64,000 nt of DNA from Thermoplasmata archaeon (GCA_030038095.1 JASHPK010000017.1:8689-72688), one strand, 5' to 3'; shown: positions 44,026-54,871, counted from the stretch's first letter. A program made the numbers and translations. Notes: generated from the letters alone by a model not told the origin.

Positions 44026-44586
44026 ATGAGCGACCTATCGATCCTCGGGGTCCCGGGGAGCCTTCGGAAGAACGCCTACTCCATGGGTCTGCTTCGGGCG
44101 GCGGTCGAGCTCGCCCCGAAGGACGCCCGGATCGAGATCGCCGACATCCACGGCTTCCCGGTCTTCAATCAGGACGACGAGGGGAACCCGCCGGCGCCGG
44201 TGCGGGCCTTCCGTGAAAGGGTGCGAGCGGCCGACGCGATCCTGTTCTCGATCAACGAGCACAATTACGGGCTGTCGGCCGCGGAGAAGAATGCGATCGA
44301 TTGGGCCTCACGACCGTACGCCGACAACGTCTGGAACGGCAAGCCCGCCGGAATCATGAGCGCCTCCACCGGACGGATCGGAGGTGCCCGCGCCCAGTAC
44401 GAGCTCCGGCAGTCGATGGTCTTCCTCAACATGTTCCCCATCAACCGTCCCGAGGTGATCGTCACCTTTGCGCCGGAGAAGTTCGATGCCGAGGGCCGTC
44501 TGATGGACGGGGAGACCCGGAAGATCATCGCGGCCCACCTGGCCGAGCTGATACGGTTCACCCGGGTGCTCCGGGCGTCGGCGTAG
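44026..44586 (+). CDS. NAD(P)H-dependent FMN reductase (ChrR/YieF-like)
   Basis: 186 aa. LGVPGSLRKNAYS flavodoxin-like phosphate loop; INEHNYGLSAAEKNAIDW. Confidence 0.8.
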   Translation: MSDLSILGVPGSLRKNAYSMGLLRAAVELAPKDARIEIADIHGFPVFNQDDEGNPPAPVRAFRERVRAADAILFSINEHNYGLSAAEKNAIDWASRPYADNVWNGKPAGIMSASTGRIGGARAQYELRQSMVFLNMFPINRPEVIVTFAPEKFDAEGRLMDGETRKIIAAHLAELIRFTRVLRASA

Positions 44587-44665
44587 TCGCGCGCCCCCGT
44601 CGCGGGTCCTACGCATTGTGCCCGCCGAAGTTGTTAAGCGGCGGTCCCCCTCCCCCCGCCCCGGT

Positions 44666-44737
44666 GGGCACGTAGATCAGCGGAAGATCGCTGCTTTCGC
44701 AAAGCAGAGGTCGGGGGTTCAAATCCCCCCGTGTCCA
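44666..44737 (+). tRNA. tRNA-Ala(CGC), intron-less, no encoded CCA
   Basis: GGGCACG TA GATC AGCGGAA GATC G CTGCT TTCGCAA AGCAG AGGTC GGGGG TTCAAAT CCCCC CGTGTCC A. The G3:U70 identity pair is present. Confidence 0.9.
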
Positions 44738-44832
44738 TTTCCCGAGGTTCACGGGTCTCGGAACGAGAGATCCGTGGGGGGGCGACCGAGTGCACGCCCC
44801 TGCCGATCCACCCATCGTTGGGTCGAGTCGAC

Positions 44833-45459
44833 CTAGTCGGGCTTCTGAGCGATGACCACGTCCATCGCGTGTCGGTGGGGGACGCCGCTCGAGTTACATT
44901 CGAACTCCAACTCTCCCGAGTCGAGGATCTTCCAGTCCCCGTAGTAGCCGAGCAACTCCCCCGAACGAAAGGGAGACTCGGACGGATCCATCTCGGGAGA
45001 GGGTGCCAGGTACGGCTTGCGCACGAACGAGTTCATCGCGTGGATTCCCCCGGGCACGGTGTGCGCCTTGAAATGCGCGAATCGGGCGGTTCGGATTCGT
45101 CGTGGGAGATTGTTCAGCGCCCCGGAGCAAAACACCACATCGACCGGGCGCTTGAGCCGGTAGGTCCGGACATCTCCGACGTGAAACCGTATGCTGAGTC
45201 CGAGCCGGGCCGCTCGCCGGGCCGCCTTGACGATTCCGACTCGGGACAGGTCCACCCCCTCGACGCGGAACCCGTTCCGCGCAAAGTAGATCGAATCCCT
45301 CCCCTCGCCAGAACCCAGATCGATCAGCTCTCGAGACCGCGGCGGAAGTGAGCGGACGATTCGCAGGACGTCGCGAGCCAGTCCGGTCGGCTTCGTTCCC
45401 CAATACCAACCGGATTTGGAGTATCGTTCGTCGTAACTGGGCTCGCCCGCGGACGCCAT
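44833..45459 (-). CDS. class I SAM-dependent methyltransferase (TehB-like)
   Basis: 208 aa. Motif I LIDLGSGEGRDSIYFA followed by GFRVEGVDLS. Confidence 0.75.
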   Translation of the reverse strand: MASAGEPSYDERYSKSGWYWGTKPTGLARDVLRIVRSLPPRSRELIDLGSGEGRDSIYFARNGFRVEGVDLSRVGIVKAARRAARLGLSIRFHVGDVRTYRLKRPVDVVFCSGALNNLPRRIRTARFAHFKAHTVPGGIHAMNSFVRKPYLAPSPEMDPSESPFRSGELLGYYGDWKILDSGELEFECNSSGVPHRHAMDVVIAQKPD

Positions 45460-45659
45460 CCGTCACCCCCCGTCCGCATGGTCCGAGAGCGCTTATCAGC
45501 ACTCTCGGCGCATGGACTCCGCCCAAACGATATCCGCGCGATCGAGGCCCGGAGGGGACTCGGACCCCCGCGGCCGAGCGGCCTCCAGCGATCCCGAGGG
45601 CGTTCGACGGACTCGGGTCGCGGCCGATCTCCGTCTCGAGGACCACGGGGCGGCGTCCC

Positions 45660-46436
45660 TCAGATGCGCCGGGCGGCTTTTCGCCGGCGGAACGGCGCGC
45701 TGCCGAGCGCTCCGGTTCGGGTCCTGGCGGGAGGCTTCTGCCCCAGAAGGAGGCCCCGACCCGGGTTGAGCCCCTTCGTGAGGAATCGCGGTCGTAGCCC
45801 GGCATCGGCCATCCACTCGAGAAGCCGCGGCCTCGGTACCATCAGCCCTACATCGTCCTCCGCGAAGTGCTGGATCCCCCGGCGCGGATCCCCCACCAGG
45901 TACTCGTAGTGAACGATCGAGCGATTCCCTCGGCGGGTACTGTGGGCCATCCGGGCGACCGCGCCGGTCGGTTGGGAGTGACTCACGAGATGGACGTGTC
46001 CCGATCGAAAGTCCTCGGGATCGATCCAGGGCTCGACGATGCAAAGCCCGCCGGGCTTCAGGTGCCTCGCGAAGTTACGGAAGGTCGCCCCCAGTTCCGC
46101 CTCGGAGCGGAGGTGCCCGATGGCGCTGAACAGACAGCTGACCACGTCGAACGACTCGCTCAGGTGGAAGGAGCGCATGTCCCCCCTCCGTAGCCGCGTC
46201 GAAGGGAGTCTTCGGCGGGCGATCCGCAGCATCGCGCCGCTCAGGTCGACTCCCACCACCTCGTGATGCCGACGTAGATACTCGAGGTGTCGACCGGTAC
46301 CGCAGGCGACGTCGAGCCACGACCTTCCTTCGGATCGACCATACCGTCGCACCAAGGCCTCGAGGTAGTCCACCTCCCGCTTCGAGTCCTTGAACGAGTA
46401 CAGGGCGTCGTACTGGGCCGCCAGCCGGTGGAACAT
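45660..46436 (-). CDS. class I SAM-dependent methyltransferase
   Basis: ATG 46436 (MFHRLAAQYD). Motif I WLDVACGTGRHL, VVGVDLSGAML, DVVSCLFSAIGHL. Confidence 0.75.
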   Translation of the reverse strand: MFHRLAAQYDALYSFKDSKREVDYLEALVRRYGRSEGRSWLDVACGTGRHLEYLRRHHEVVGVDLSGAMLRIARRRLPSTRLRRGDMRSFHLSESFDVVSCLFSAIGHLRSEAELGATFRNFARHLKPGGLCIVEPWIDPEDFRSGHVHLVSHSQPTGAVARMAHSTRRGNRSIVHYEYLVGDPRRGIQHFAEDDVGLMVPRPRLLEWMADAGLRPRFLTKGLNPGRGLLLGQKPPARTRTGALGSAPFRRRKAARRI

Positions 46437-46634
46437 GAGGGAACCGGGGGCCTTCGAATGGGCCGCTCGAGAGGTCACTGGGCGCATGGTCCTACGTCCA
46501 CGAAACGAGTCCAGGGATTTGAACGGGACCCGAGGGTCCGCTCAAGGTCACCCGAGGCTCGCCTTCGGGGCGGCATCGACCCCGGAGGTCGTCGACGAAC
46601 GGTCCCCCGCTTCGCGACCGGGAGTCGCTCGGCC

Positions 46635-49592
46635 CTACTCCGACGTCCGAATCGCTTCCGCCGGGGGGAGGCGGGCGGCGCGCAGGGAGGGCGCCGCGAT
46701 CGCGGCCAGGACCAGGAGATAGGCCAGTACCGCGACCTCGATCACCGTAACCCACGGGGCCACGAACACCTGGACCCCCTCGCTCGCCGCCGAAGGGCCG
46801 GTCGAGAGGTTGTAGATCACCAGCAGCCCGAGCCCGACGCCGATCGCGATGCCGGCGAGCGTGACGAACGAGTACTCGAGCACGAGCGAGCGCAACACCA
46901 TCCCCCGGGTGAAGCCGGTCGCCCGGAGCATGCCGATCTCGCGACGCCGCTCCGCGACCGCGCGCAGCGCGAAGATCCCCATCGCCGCGATGCCGACCGC
47001 GAGACCGAGACCCACGAACACCTCGAGGATGCCGATGAACCCCTCCGTCGTGCTGATCGACTGCGCGAGCAGGCCCCTCAGGTCGAACAGCACGAGACCC
47101 GCGGGGAAGAACGCCTTCTTCGCTTCCTGCGCCGCGAAGCTCGTGGAGATGCCGGGGGCGACGGTGAGGAAGTAGGCGGACGTGTTGTCATAGCCCATCG
47201 CCGAGGCCGTCGCGGGGTTCACCCAGACGCCGCCGACGATCGACTCGGTCAGAATCCCGATCACGGTCACGTTGGTCGCCCGGGTGCCGGCGGGGGTCGT
47301 GAGCCGGATCTGGGTGCCGACCGTGAGGGTCGGGTGGGAGGACGTGGTCGTGGAGAACGCGTTCGAGACCTGGGAGTAGCTTCCGTCCACGATGGCGACC
47401 GAGCGGTCGGCGGCGAGCTCCTCGAACGCCGCCGAGCCGCTCATGCCGTTGAGGGTCGAGAGGAACGGGAACTGGTTCGTCGCGAGGAAGCTCGACGGCC
47501 CGGTCGCGTTCGCGGGCGGCGCATAGATCGAGTCCGAATACGGTTGAGTCGAGGAGTAACCGGGGACGGCCACCCGTACCGCTCCGGCCACGAGCGGCGC
47601 CGCGTTCTCGAAGAGCGGAGCGAGCGTCTGGTTAGAGCTGATCTCCGACCAGAGGTGCGGGAGGGGAACCTGCGAGACCCCGAAGAACGAATAGCCCCCG
47701 GCCTGCGCGTTGACCGCATCGTTGAGACTCCCTTCGACGGTCGAGCCCGCCGCCGCGGTCGCGATCATCGTGAAGACGACGAGCGCGAAGATGGTCAGGC
47801 CGACCGCCGTGCGTCCCGGTTGCCGGGTGGGGTAATCGAGGCCGATCCGAACCACCGGGTTCGAGTCCGCGCGGGAGCCCAGAAGGCGACGCAGCGCCTG
47901 GACCAGCGCGTCCGCATTGAACAGGACGACCATCAGGACCCCCCCGACGAGAAGGATCCCGACCACGAACAGGATGAACAGCGTGGTCGAGTGAGAGGTT
48001 CCGAACAGGTAGGTATGGAGCGGCTCGTAGCCCGCCCACACCGACAGCGCGAGACCGGTGGCCGTGAACGCGTAGCGGTTCTTCACGAACCGAGCGGCGA
48101 TGAGGCCGCATCCCAGGATGGCGAGCGCTCCCCCGAGGAGCGGGAACGACTCGTTGCCGGTTCCCCTCAGGGTGGTGGCCAGAAGCAGGAGACCCAAGAG
48201 TACCCCCGCCGCTCCGAGGTAGGCGAGGAAGGTGTACGTGCGTACGGGCGGTCGCGGTTCCGGGACGTCCCGGATCGCCCGGACGATATTGAGCCGGCTC
48301 GCACGCCGGCAGGCCACCACGACCGTGACGAGGGTCAACAGGAACCCCACCACGTAGGCGATCACGAGGCTCTGGTCGGTGACGGTGAACGATTGGAGGA
48401 GCGCCGATTGGGGGATCCCCTCGCCCCGGAGCAGGAATCCCACGAGGTAGATCAGCACGTAGCCGACGCCGGCGCCCACGAACGTCCCCGCGAGCGCGCT
48501 TCCGGTGGAGTAGACGACCCCTTCGAAGTAGTAGGAGTACACGAGCTCCCGACGGCGCATCCCGATCGCCCGGAGCATCCCCATCTCCCCCTTGCGCTCC
48601 TCCGCGAGCATCACGAAGATCCCGATGATCAGCATCGCCCCGGCGACGATCGAGAAGAGGCCGAGGACGAGGAACAGGGTCTCGATGCTTTGGCTCGCGG
48701 TTGTCTCCTGTTCGAGCGCTGTCTGGAGCGGGGTCTTCACCGAGAGACCATAGGTGGAGAGCACGCCGGCGAGGGTGGTGTTCAGGTAGGCGCTGACCGA
48801 CGAGGACGAAGCGGCGCCCGCGACCTGCGAGCCGGTGTTCGTGACGGCGATGTAGTTGATCTTCCCGCTCTGGTTCTCGAGCCCCTGAGCGGTCGAGAGG
48901 GTCACGAAGACGTTCCCCGGCGTGAGCCCGGCGGTGATGAACGCGCCGCGGACGTTCTCCTGCACGACGGCCTGCACGACGAGCGGGACCGCCGCGACCC
49001 CGTAGACGATCACGGAATCCCCCGCGGTCGCGTTGAGCGCGCTCGCCGCCTGGTCGTCGAGGAACACGTGGCCGGGCGACGGACCGGCGATGGAGCTGCC
49101 GTTGTCGGCGATGAAGGAGCCGAGGTGGCTGCTCTGGTTGCCGTTCACCCCGATGAGGTTGAGGTCGGTCTCGGGGATCCCGGTAGTCCGATCATAGACC
49201 GAAGCCGCGTCCACGACCATGGGAGTGATCCCGGCGATCTGCGGCGAGCCGGCCGTGAGATTGACGACCTCGCCATAGACCGAGTAGGGATAGTAGGCGG
49301 CGCCGCCGCTCTCCGAAGTCGCCGAGATCGACTCGTCGACGTAGCCGGCCCCGAGGTACACGTAGTGGTAGGTGAGCGTCTGGACCGTGTCCCCGACCAC
49401 GAGGCTGCCCGAGACGATCGTCGTGCCGACGAGGAGTCCGGCGATCAGGAGCGCGGTCCGGGCACGACCACGGCGGACGTTGCGGATCGCGATGCGGAAG
49501 GCGAGCCGGTGGCGTGCGGCGAGCACCACCGTGACGACCGCTACGAAGACCAGGATCAGGACCAGGAGTCCGACAATCGGGTTGAGCGCCAT
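46635..49592 (-). CDS. ABC transporter permease with two FtsX-type domains and large extracytoplasmic regions (MacB-like)
   Basis: 985 aa. N-terminal IAIRNVRRGRARTALLIAGLLVG and an internal repeat of the FtsX four-helix unit (MLRAIGMRRRELV..., MLRATGFTRGMVL...). 13 nt downstream of its ATPase gene. Confidence 0.8.
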   Translation of the reverse strand: MALNPIVGLLVLILVFVAVVTVVLAARHRLAFRIAIRNVRRGRARTALLIAGLLVGTTIVSGSLVVGDTVQTLTYHYVYLGAGYVDESISATSESGGAAYYPYSVYGEVVNLTAGSPQIAGITPMVVDAASVYDRTTGIPETDLNLIGVNGNQSSHLGSFIADNGSSIAGPSPGHVFLDDQAASALNATAGDSVIVYGVAAVPLVVQAVVQENVRGAFITAGLTPGNVFVTLSTAQGLENQSGKINYIAVTNTGSQVAGAASSSSVSAYLNTTLAGVLSTYGLSVKTPLQTALEQETTASQSIETLFLVLGLFSIVAGAMLIIGIFVMLAEERKGEMGMLRAIGMRRRELVYSYYFEGVVYSTGSALAGTFVGAGVGYVLIYLVGFLLRGEGIPQSALLQSFTVTDQSLVIAYVVGFLLTLVTVVVACRRASRLNIVRAIRDVPEPRPPVRTYTFLAYLGAAGVLLGLLLLATTLRGTGNESFPLLGGALAILGCGLIAARFVKNRYAFTATGLALSVWAGYEPLHTYLFGTSHSTTLFILFVVGILLVGGVLMVVLFNADALVQALRRLLGSRADSNPVVRIGLDYPTRQPGRTAVGLTIFALVVFTMIATAAAGSTVEGSLNDAVNAQAGGYSFFGVSQVPLPHLWSEISSNQTLAPLFENAAPLVAGAVRVAVPGYSSTQPYSDSIYAPPANATGPSSFLATNQFPFLSTLNGMSGSAAFEELAADRSVAIVDGSYSQVSNAFSTTTSSHPTLTVGTQIRLTTPAGTRATNVTVIGILTESIVGGVWVNPATASAMGYDNTSAYFLTVAPGISTSFAAQEAKKAFFPAGLVLFDLRGLLAQSISTTEGFIGILEVFVGLGLAVGIAAMGIFALRAVAERRREIGMLRATGFTRGMVLRSLVLEYSFVTLAGIAIGVGLGLLVIYNLSTGPSAASEGVQVFVAPWVTVIEVAVLAYLLVLAAIAAPSLRAARLPPAEAIRTSE

Positions 49593-49605
49593 CGCGAGCC
49601 CGGAA

Positions 49606-50283
49606 TCAACTGACGAACAGCCCGTCCCTCATCCGCAAGGTCCGGTCGCACGCGGCCGCGACCTCGGCATCGTGAGTCACCACGACCATCGTCTGATGGT
49701 ACTGCCGATTCAGTTCCCGGAGCAGCTCGGTCACCTGGTGAGAGCCTTCCGCGTCCAGGTTGCCGGTCGGCTCGTCGGCCCAGACGATGGCCGGGTGGCC
49801 GACGAGCGCGCGGGCCAACGAGACCCGCTGCTGCTGGCCGCCCGACAGCTCCGAAGGTCGGTGCGTCAACCGGTCCCCGAGACCCATCTGGGTCAGGATG
49901 CTCCGGGACTCGGCCCGGGCCTCCTTGGCGGATCGCCCGGCGATGAGCAGGGGCATCTCGACGTTCTCCACGGCCGAGAGAATCGGGAGGAGGTTGTACG
50001 ACTGAAACACGAATCCGGTGCGACGGGCGCGATACTCGCTCTTCTTCGCGTCGGGCATGCCATGGATGTCGGTCCCCTCGACCGTCACCTGGCCCCGCGT
50101 GATGTCGTCGAGACCGCTGAAACAGTTGAGGAACGTCGTCTTTCCGCACCCTGAAGGACCCATGACGGCGAGGATTTCCCCTTGGAAAATTTCGACGTTG
50201 ATTCCCCGAAGCGCCGGGACCGCCGTGTCGCCCGAGCCGTAGACCTTCCAGACTTCCCGTCCCACCACCACCGCTTCCGGCAT
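49606..50283 (-). CDS. ABC transporter ATP-binding protein (MacB/LolD-type)
   Basis: Walker A GPSGCGKTT, LSGGQQQRV, Walker B VWADEPTGNLD, H-loop VTHD. Confidence 0.9.
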   Translation of the reverse strand: MPEAVVVGREVWKVYGSGDTAVPALRGINVEIFQGEILAVMGPSGCGKTTFLNCFSGLDDITRGQVTVEGTDIHGMPDAKKSEYRARRTGFVFQSYNLLPILSAVENVEMPLLIAGRSAKEARAESRSILTQMGLGDRLTHRPSELSGGQQQRVSLARALVGHPAIVWADEPTGNLDAEGSHQVTELLRELNRQYHQTMVVVTHDAEVAAACDRTLRMRDGLFVS

Positions 50284-50609
50284 GGTCCCCCGAGCTGTAC
50301 CTCCGACTCGAATGGAGGAGGTGACGAGCCGTCTACTCGGAGGTCGGGATTAACCCTTCGACTCACGAACCCCAGGAACGGCGGCATTCGAAACTGCGGG
50401 GTACTGGTGAGCGTTGGTCTTGCCGGCTCATCGGAGCGATTCTCGGTCCGGGCCGGTTCTTCTATCGTTCGCGCGAAGAGGACCGAGTCCGTCGTGCCCC
50501 GGCGTCGGGTCAGGCGAACCGGGAGGGTTTCATAGGCCCGGAGGGGAAGGTCATGGGGGCCCGACGGTTCGTAGGGCGGGCCTCGACGGCCCATTCGAGG
50601 GAGCTGCGG

Positions 50610-51350
50610 ATGAGCGGGCCGAGCTACGGGACCGGGGTTCGGGCCACGAATCCGAGGGGGAGCGGCTCGCCCAGCGCCGGTTCCTCCGCCCCCGTCACGG
50701 CGTGCACGTTCGATTGTTACGGAACGCTAATCGACTGGAAGGCGGGGATCGAGCGCCATTTGGGCGACTTGTTTCGGTCGGAAGGCTACTCCGGCAACGA
50801 CCCGATCTACTCGCTCTACGTCGATCTCGAGCGGCGGGAGGAACGGGAGTACGCTCCATATCGCGCGATTCTCGCCCGGACGGCGACCCAGGTGGGGGAG
50901 CGCCTCGGGATCCGAATCTCGGCCGAGCAGGCCCGCGAGTTCGCCGCGAGCCTTCCCGAATGGCCCCCATTCGCCGACACGATCGGCGTCCTACGCGAGC
51001 TGGGCCGCAGAGGCATCCGCCGGGTCATCCTGTCGAACATCGACCGGGATCTGCTCCAGGAGACGATCCGCCGGAACGGCCTCGAGGTCGATGGTTCCGT
51101 GACCGCCGAGGATGTGCATTCGTACAAACCCGCGCCCGGCCATTGGCTCCGGTTCCTTCGCGATTTCTCCGCCGATCGCGCGTCCACCTTGCACGTGGCG
51201 CATAGCCTCGTGCACGACATCGTCACCGCGCAGCGAGTCGGCTTCCGTACGGTCTGGGTGGACCGATATGCGGAGGACCTCTCGCCCGAAATACGGCCGA
51301 CCTACGTGACGAAGGACCTCCGCGGCCTTCTGGACCTCGTGGGGCCCTAG
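50610..51350 (+). CDS. HAD-superfamily hydrolase (haloacid dehalogenase type II-like)
   Basis: ATG 50610 inside ORF 50553..51350. Motif I FDCYGTLID, motif II ILSNID, later YKPAPGHW and VAHSLVHDI. Confidence 0.75.
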   Translation: MSGPSYGTGVRATNPRGSGSPSAGSSAPVTACTFDCYGTLIDWKAGIERHLGDLFRSEGYSGNDPIYSLYVDLERREEREYAPYRAILARTATQVGERLGIRISAEQAREFAASLPEWPPFADTIGVLRELGRRGIRRVILSNIDRDLLQETIRRNGLEVDGSVTAEDVHSYKPAPGHWLRFLRDFSADRASTLHVAHSLVHDIVTAQRVGFRTVWVDRYAEDLSPEIRPTYVTKDLRGLLDLVGP

Positions 51351-51517
51351 AGCGGGCGGCCCCCGGGGCCCGAAGCCTCGGGAGCCGGGAGTCCCTTCGG
51401 ACGTGAGGACGCTCCGGACCGATCGGCTTCCGGAGGCCCCTCGCGAGCCGAGACATAGGTCAACTCAGTTCCACGGAGGCCCCTTTTCTACCGAAGTTCG
51501 TCCGACTCTCAGCGACC

Positions 51518-52051
51518 ATGAAGCTGATTGAGAAGTCGCCGGTCCTCGAATACCTCCGGCGCGAGCAGGCGAACGCGGTGCGTCTCCACCTCCAGTACAA
51601 AGGGTACCACTGGAACGTCGCCGGCCCCCTTTTCCACGACCTCCACCTCCTGTTCGACGAGCACGCGAAGACGGTGTTCGACACGATCGACCCGCTGGCC
51701 GAGCGTCAGCGAATGCTCGGAGCGAACGCCGAGTACACCCTCGAGGCGATGCTCCGGGAATCCACCATCCGTGAGGCGGTGGACCGGCCGAAGAACGCGC
51801 GAGAGATGGTCGAGCGGCTCCTAGACGCGCACCGAACGATCATCCAGGGGATGAAGCTCGGATTCCGCAGTGCGGAGCAGCACAACGACCCGGGGAGCTC
51901 GGACCTGTTCACTCGCTTCGTCCAGGAGCACGAGAAGATGCTCTGGTTCCTCGAACAGCTCCTCCGGGGGGAGGCCCCGCTCGCGGAGCGGTTCGCGCTC
52001 GGCCCCACCCCGGCGAAGCCCAGGACCGAGTCGATCCCATCGGAACCGTAG
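51518..52051 (+). CDS. dps: Dps-family ferritin-like DNA-protection protein
   Basis: HWNVAGPLFHDLHLLFDEH ferroxidase-centre motif and the downstream DxxAER motif (DPLAERQR). Confidence 0.9.
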   Translation: MKLIEKSPVLEYLRREQANAVRLHLQYKGYHWNVAGPLFHDLHLLFDEHAKTVFDTIDPLAERQRMLGANAEYTLEAMLRESTIREAVDRPKNAREMVERLLDAHRTIIQGMKLGFRSAEQHNDPGSSDLFTRFVQEHEKMLWFLEQLLRGEAPLAERFALGPTPAKPRTESIPSEP

Positions 52052-52156
52052 GTCCCCGCCGGGACCGGGCTCCCGGGGGCTAAGATCCCCTCGGGCCGGC
52101 CCGCCGACCCCGGACCCCGCTCACCCTCAAGTGCCGCCGAGGCGTTCCGCGTCCGC

Positions 52157-52888
52157 ATGGTCTCGCGCTCTACGCGGGACGCCAAGGCTCGTCGCCGGCG
52201 CCAACTCGAGTTCTGGCGGACCCGGTACCTCCAGGATCCCGAATTCTTCGGACCCCGGGAGAGCGCCTTCGCAAGATGGTGCCTCCCGAGGATGATGCTC
52301 GGGGGTCGAACGCGAGACCTCCTCGAGCTGGGTTCCGGGTACGGGCGAGACGCCGTATTCTTCGCGCGGCATGGCTTTCGAGTCCAGGGCGTCGAGCTCG
52401 CGTTGGAGACGGGCCAAGTGGGCGCCCCTCGCTCGACGGGGGGCGAAGGCTCGTTCGCCCTTGTCCCGGGCGACGCCCAGGGCTTCCTCGAACGTCAGCC
52501 GGCTCACTCGGCTGATGCCGTCTATTCCAACCTGTTCTACAACATGGACTTCACCGCGCCAGAGCACCGGGTGCTGTTCCGATCGGTCTGGCGCGTGCTG
52601 CGTCCCGGAGGTCTCCACCTGTACTCCGTGCGATCGACCCGGGATCCGTGGTTCGGCCGGGGTCGTTCCAAGGGGAAGGACCGTTACGAGATCGAACCCG
52701 GGGGGATCACGCTGCACTTCTTTTCGCGCGCGTATGCGGATTGGGTGGGTTCCGCGCGGTTCTCGCCGGTCGCCCGGGCGGAGGCGAGGGAAGGAAAATC
52801 GGACTTCCCGGTCCGACTCCTCTATGTCGTCGACCGCGCGCGCGGAGCCCGAGCATCGGTCCGGAACCGTCGTGCGCGAGCGCTTTAG
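52157..52888 (+). CDS. class I SAM-dependent methyltransferase
   Basis: 243 aa. Motif [34 protein letters not shown]. Confidence 0.65.
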   Translation: MVSRSTRDAKARRRRQLEFWRTRYLQDPEFFGPRESAFARWCLPRMMLGGRTRDLLELGSGYGRDAVFFARHGFRVQGVELALETGQVGAPRSTGGEGSFALVPGDAQGFLERQPAHSADAVYSNLFYNMDFTAPEHRVLFRSVWRVLRPGGLHLYSVRSTRDPWFGRGRSKGKDRYEIEPGGITLHFFSRAYADWVGSARFSPVARAEAREGKSDFPVRLLYVVDRARGARASVRNRRARAL

Positions 52889-52911
52889 GAGCGACCCGCT
52901 TGGGTCCGTCG

Positions 52912-53307
52912 GTGTCGACTTCGCCGTCCGACTATCGAAAGCTGACCCGCGCCGAGGAGGCGGTCATCGTGCACCATGCGACGGAGCGACCGTTCTCGGG
53001 GGAATACGAGCACCATTTCGAGCCCGGGACCTACTCGTGCAAGCGATGCGGCGCCCCCCTCTACCGATCCACCGACAAGTTCGACGCCGGATGCGGATGG
53101 CCGAGCTTCGATCTGGAGATCGAGGGGGCGGTCCGACGAGTCCCGGATCCGGACGGCGAGCGGACCGAGATCCGCTGCGCCCGGTGCGACGCTCACCTGG
53201 GGCACGTGTTCGTCGGCGAGGCGTTCACCCCTCGGAACACCCGCCACTGCGTGAACTCGATCTCCCTGCTCTTCACCCCACGCGGCCCCCCGCCGGAAAT
53301 GAAGTAG
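52912..53307 (+). CDS. msrB: peptide-methionine (R)-S-oxide reductase
   Basis: CKRCGAPLY...GCGWPSF...[12 protein letters not shown]...RHCVNS (two CxxC zinc motifs plus the catalytic Cys). Start is GTG 52912 or TTG 52900. Confidence 0.85.
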   Translation: MSTSPSDYRKLTRAEEAVIVHHATERPFSGEYEHHFEPGTYSCKRCGAPLYRSTDKFDAGCGWPSFDLEIEGAVRRVPDPDGERTEIRCARCDAHLGHVFVGEAFTPRNTRHCVNSISLLFTPRGPPPEMK

Positions 53308-53355
53308 GGTCATCCGCCCCGCGGAGCGGGGGGTCCCGGGGGAGCCGAGGCTCGC

Positions 53356-53817
53356 CTACGGCGACGGTCCCGGCCGGCGGGGCGCGTCCGACCGCAGCCG
53401 CTCCGAGAGCTCCCGTTGCCGCGCCTCCGGAACCGAGCGAACCTTCGAGTCGATCCAGGCATTGAACCCGACCATGTCGCCCGGGCGTCGCGGAATGACG
53501 TGCACGTGGAGATGAAACACGCCCTGCTCGGCGGCCCGACCGCTCGCCACCAACAGGTTCACTCCCTCGGCGAGGCCGACGTGCCGCATGCGCTCGGAGA
53601 TGCGATGGACGAGGGACCACATCTCGGAGCGCTCGTCCGGCCGCACATCCTCGAGCGTCGGAGCGTGACCTCGGGGTATGACGAGGGTGTGGCCCTCCGC
53701 GAGGGGCTGGATGGTGAGGAACGCAACGGCGCCCGTCCCCTCCTCCACCCACCAGGCCGGGAGCCGGTGGGCGATGATCTCACAGAACACACATCCTGCC
53801 GTCTTTCTCCCCCCCAT
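53356..53817 (-). CDS. HIT-family (histidine triad) nucleotide hydrolase/transferase
   Basis: CVFCEI N-terminal motif and the HLHVHVIP histidine triad. Confidence 0.85.
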   Translation of the reverse strand: MGGRKTAGCVFCEIIAHRLPAWWVEEGTGAVAFLTIQPLAEGHTLVIPRGHAPTLEDVRPDERSEMWSLVHRISERMRHVGLAEGVNLLVASGRAAEQGVFHLHVHVIPRRPGDMVGFNAWIDSKVRSVPEARQRELSERLRSDAPRRPGPSP

Positions 53818-53917
53818 GGGCCCTGGGCCCCGGGGAGTACCCGCGGCGCTCTTGGGTGTTGTCCCGCCCCGGCAGAAAGCCCGGGTTCCACGGGGGCCCT
53901 TCCCCCGGAGCGCCCGG

Positions 53918-54871
53918 TCAGGGATCGGGACGGATGCGGAGGACCGTCTTCCCGACCGCCCGCCTCGCGCGGCTTTCGGCGAGCGCCCGGGGAGCGTCCG
54001 AAAGGGGGATCTCCGACTCGATGGGGACCTGAAGGCGCCCCTTCCCGATCTCCTCGAGTAGGCGGCTCAGAAGGACCGCCCGGGGTTGGAGATCGATGTT
54101 CCGGGCACGCACCCCGCGCCGAGCCAATGCCTCGACATCGGCGACATAGACCGAGGTCGCCACAGCCCCCCCGCCACGCACGAGCGCCGCGAGACGCCCG
54201 AAGGTCGCTCGATCGCTGCCAAGATCGAGCAGACCATCGAGGCCGTTCGGCTCGAGGCGCCGGATCTGCGCGGACAGCTCCTCCTTCTCGGGATCCAGAA
54301 CGGTCTCCGCCCCAAGGCCCCGGACCCGGTCGGCGCTCGGACCGCGCGCCGTCGCGAGGACCCGTACCCCGCTCGCCGCGGCCAGTTGGACCGCGAACGA
54401 CCCTATCCCGCCCGAGGCGCCGACGATGAGGAGGGACGATCCTCGGGGCATCTGGAGGAAATCGAGGCCGTCAAGCGCCGTCATTCCGGCCGTGGGTAGC
54501 GCGGCCGCCCGGGCGAAGTCGATCCCCGGAGGCACGACGGCCACCCCGATCGATTCGGGTACGGTGGCGAACTCGGCGTACGTGCCAATCCCCACCGGGT
54601 CGTGCAGGAACTGCCCGCAGATCCGGTCGCCCGGTCGAAACCGGTGCGCCTGCGGCCCGGCGCGGGTCACGACCCCGGACCCGTCCACCCCCAGCACGAG
54701 CGGGAAGACGTGGGGTCGAGGGCGGAGGATGCCATCGGCAATCTTCCAGTCGAACGGGTTGACGCCGGCCTCGCGCATCTCGACGAGGAGCTCGGCCGGG
54801 CCGGGCTCCGGAAGCGGCATCTCCAGGAGCTCGGGGGGAGCGCCGAACGCCCGAACCGCCACGGCGCGCAT
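53918..54871 (-). CDS. MDR-superfamily NADPH:quinone oxidoreductase-like enzyme
   Basis: ATG 54871 (MRAVAVRAFGAPPELLEMPLPEPGP). Rossmann IVGASGGIGSFAVQLA. No catalytic-zinc Cys/His pattern. Confidence 0.8.
   Translation of the reverse strand: MRAVAVRAFGAPPELLEMPLPEPGPAELLVEMREAGVNPFDWKIADGILRPRPHVFPLVLGVDGSGVVTRAGPQAHRFRPGDRICGQFLHDPVGIGTYAEFATVPESIGVAVVPPGIDFARAAALPTAGMTALDGLDFLQMPRGSSLLIVGASGGIGSFAVQLAAASGVRVLATARGPSADRVRGLGAETVLDPEKEELSAQIRRLEPNGLDGLLDLGSDRATFGRLAALVRGGGAVATSVYVADVEALARRGVRARNIDLQPRAVLLSRLLEEIGKGRLQVPIESEIPLSDAPRALAESRARRAVGKTVLRIRPDP

Noticed and set aside
46287-49613. 1108-aa plus-strand ORF, the longest in the window.
   Set aside because: It is exactly antisense to the FtsX-type permease gene (46635..49592), which has clear TM and FtsX repeats. 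The product is RG/DE-rich low complexity with no recognisable motif.
50299-50344. 8-bp inverted repeat ACCTCCGA...TCGGAGGT with a 30-nt loop in the 327-nt divergent intergenic region between the ABC ATPase and HAD genes. I also looked there for a tRNA-like or riboswitch-like fold.
   Set aside because: The stem is short for this GC content, no conserved ncRNA motif was recognised, and no tRNA cloverleaf could be built. It is left as unexplained non-coding sequence.
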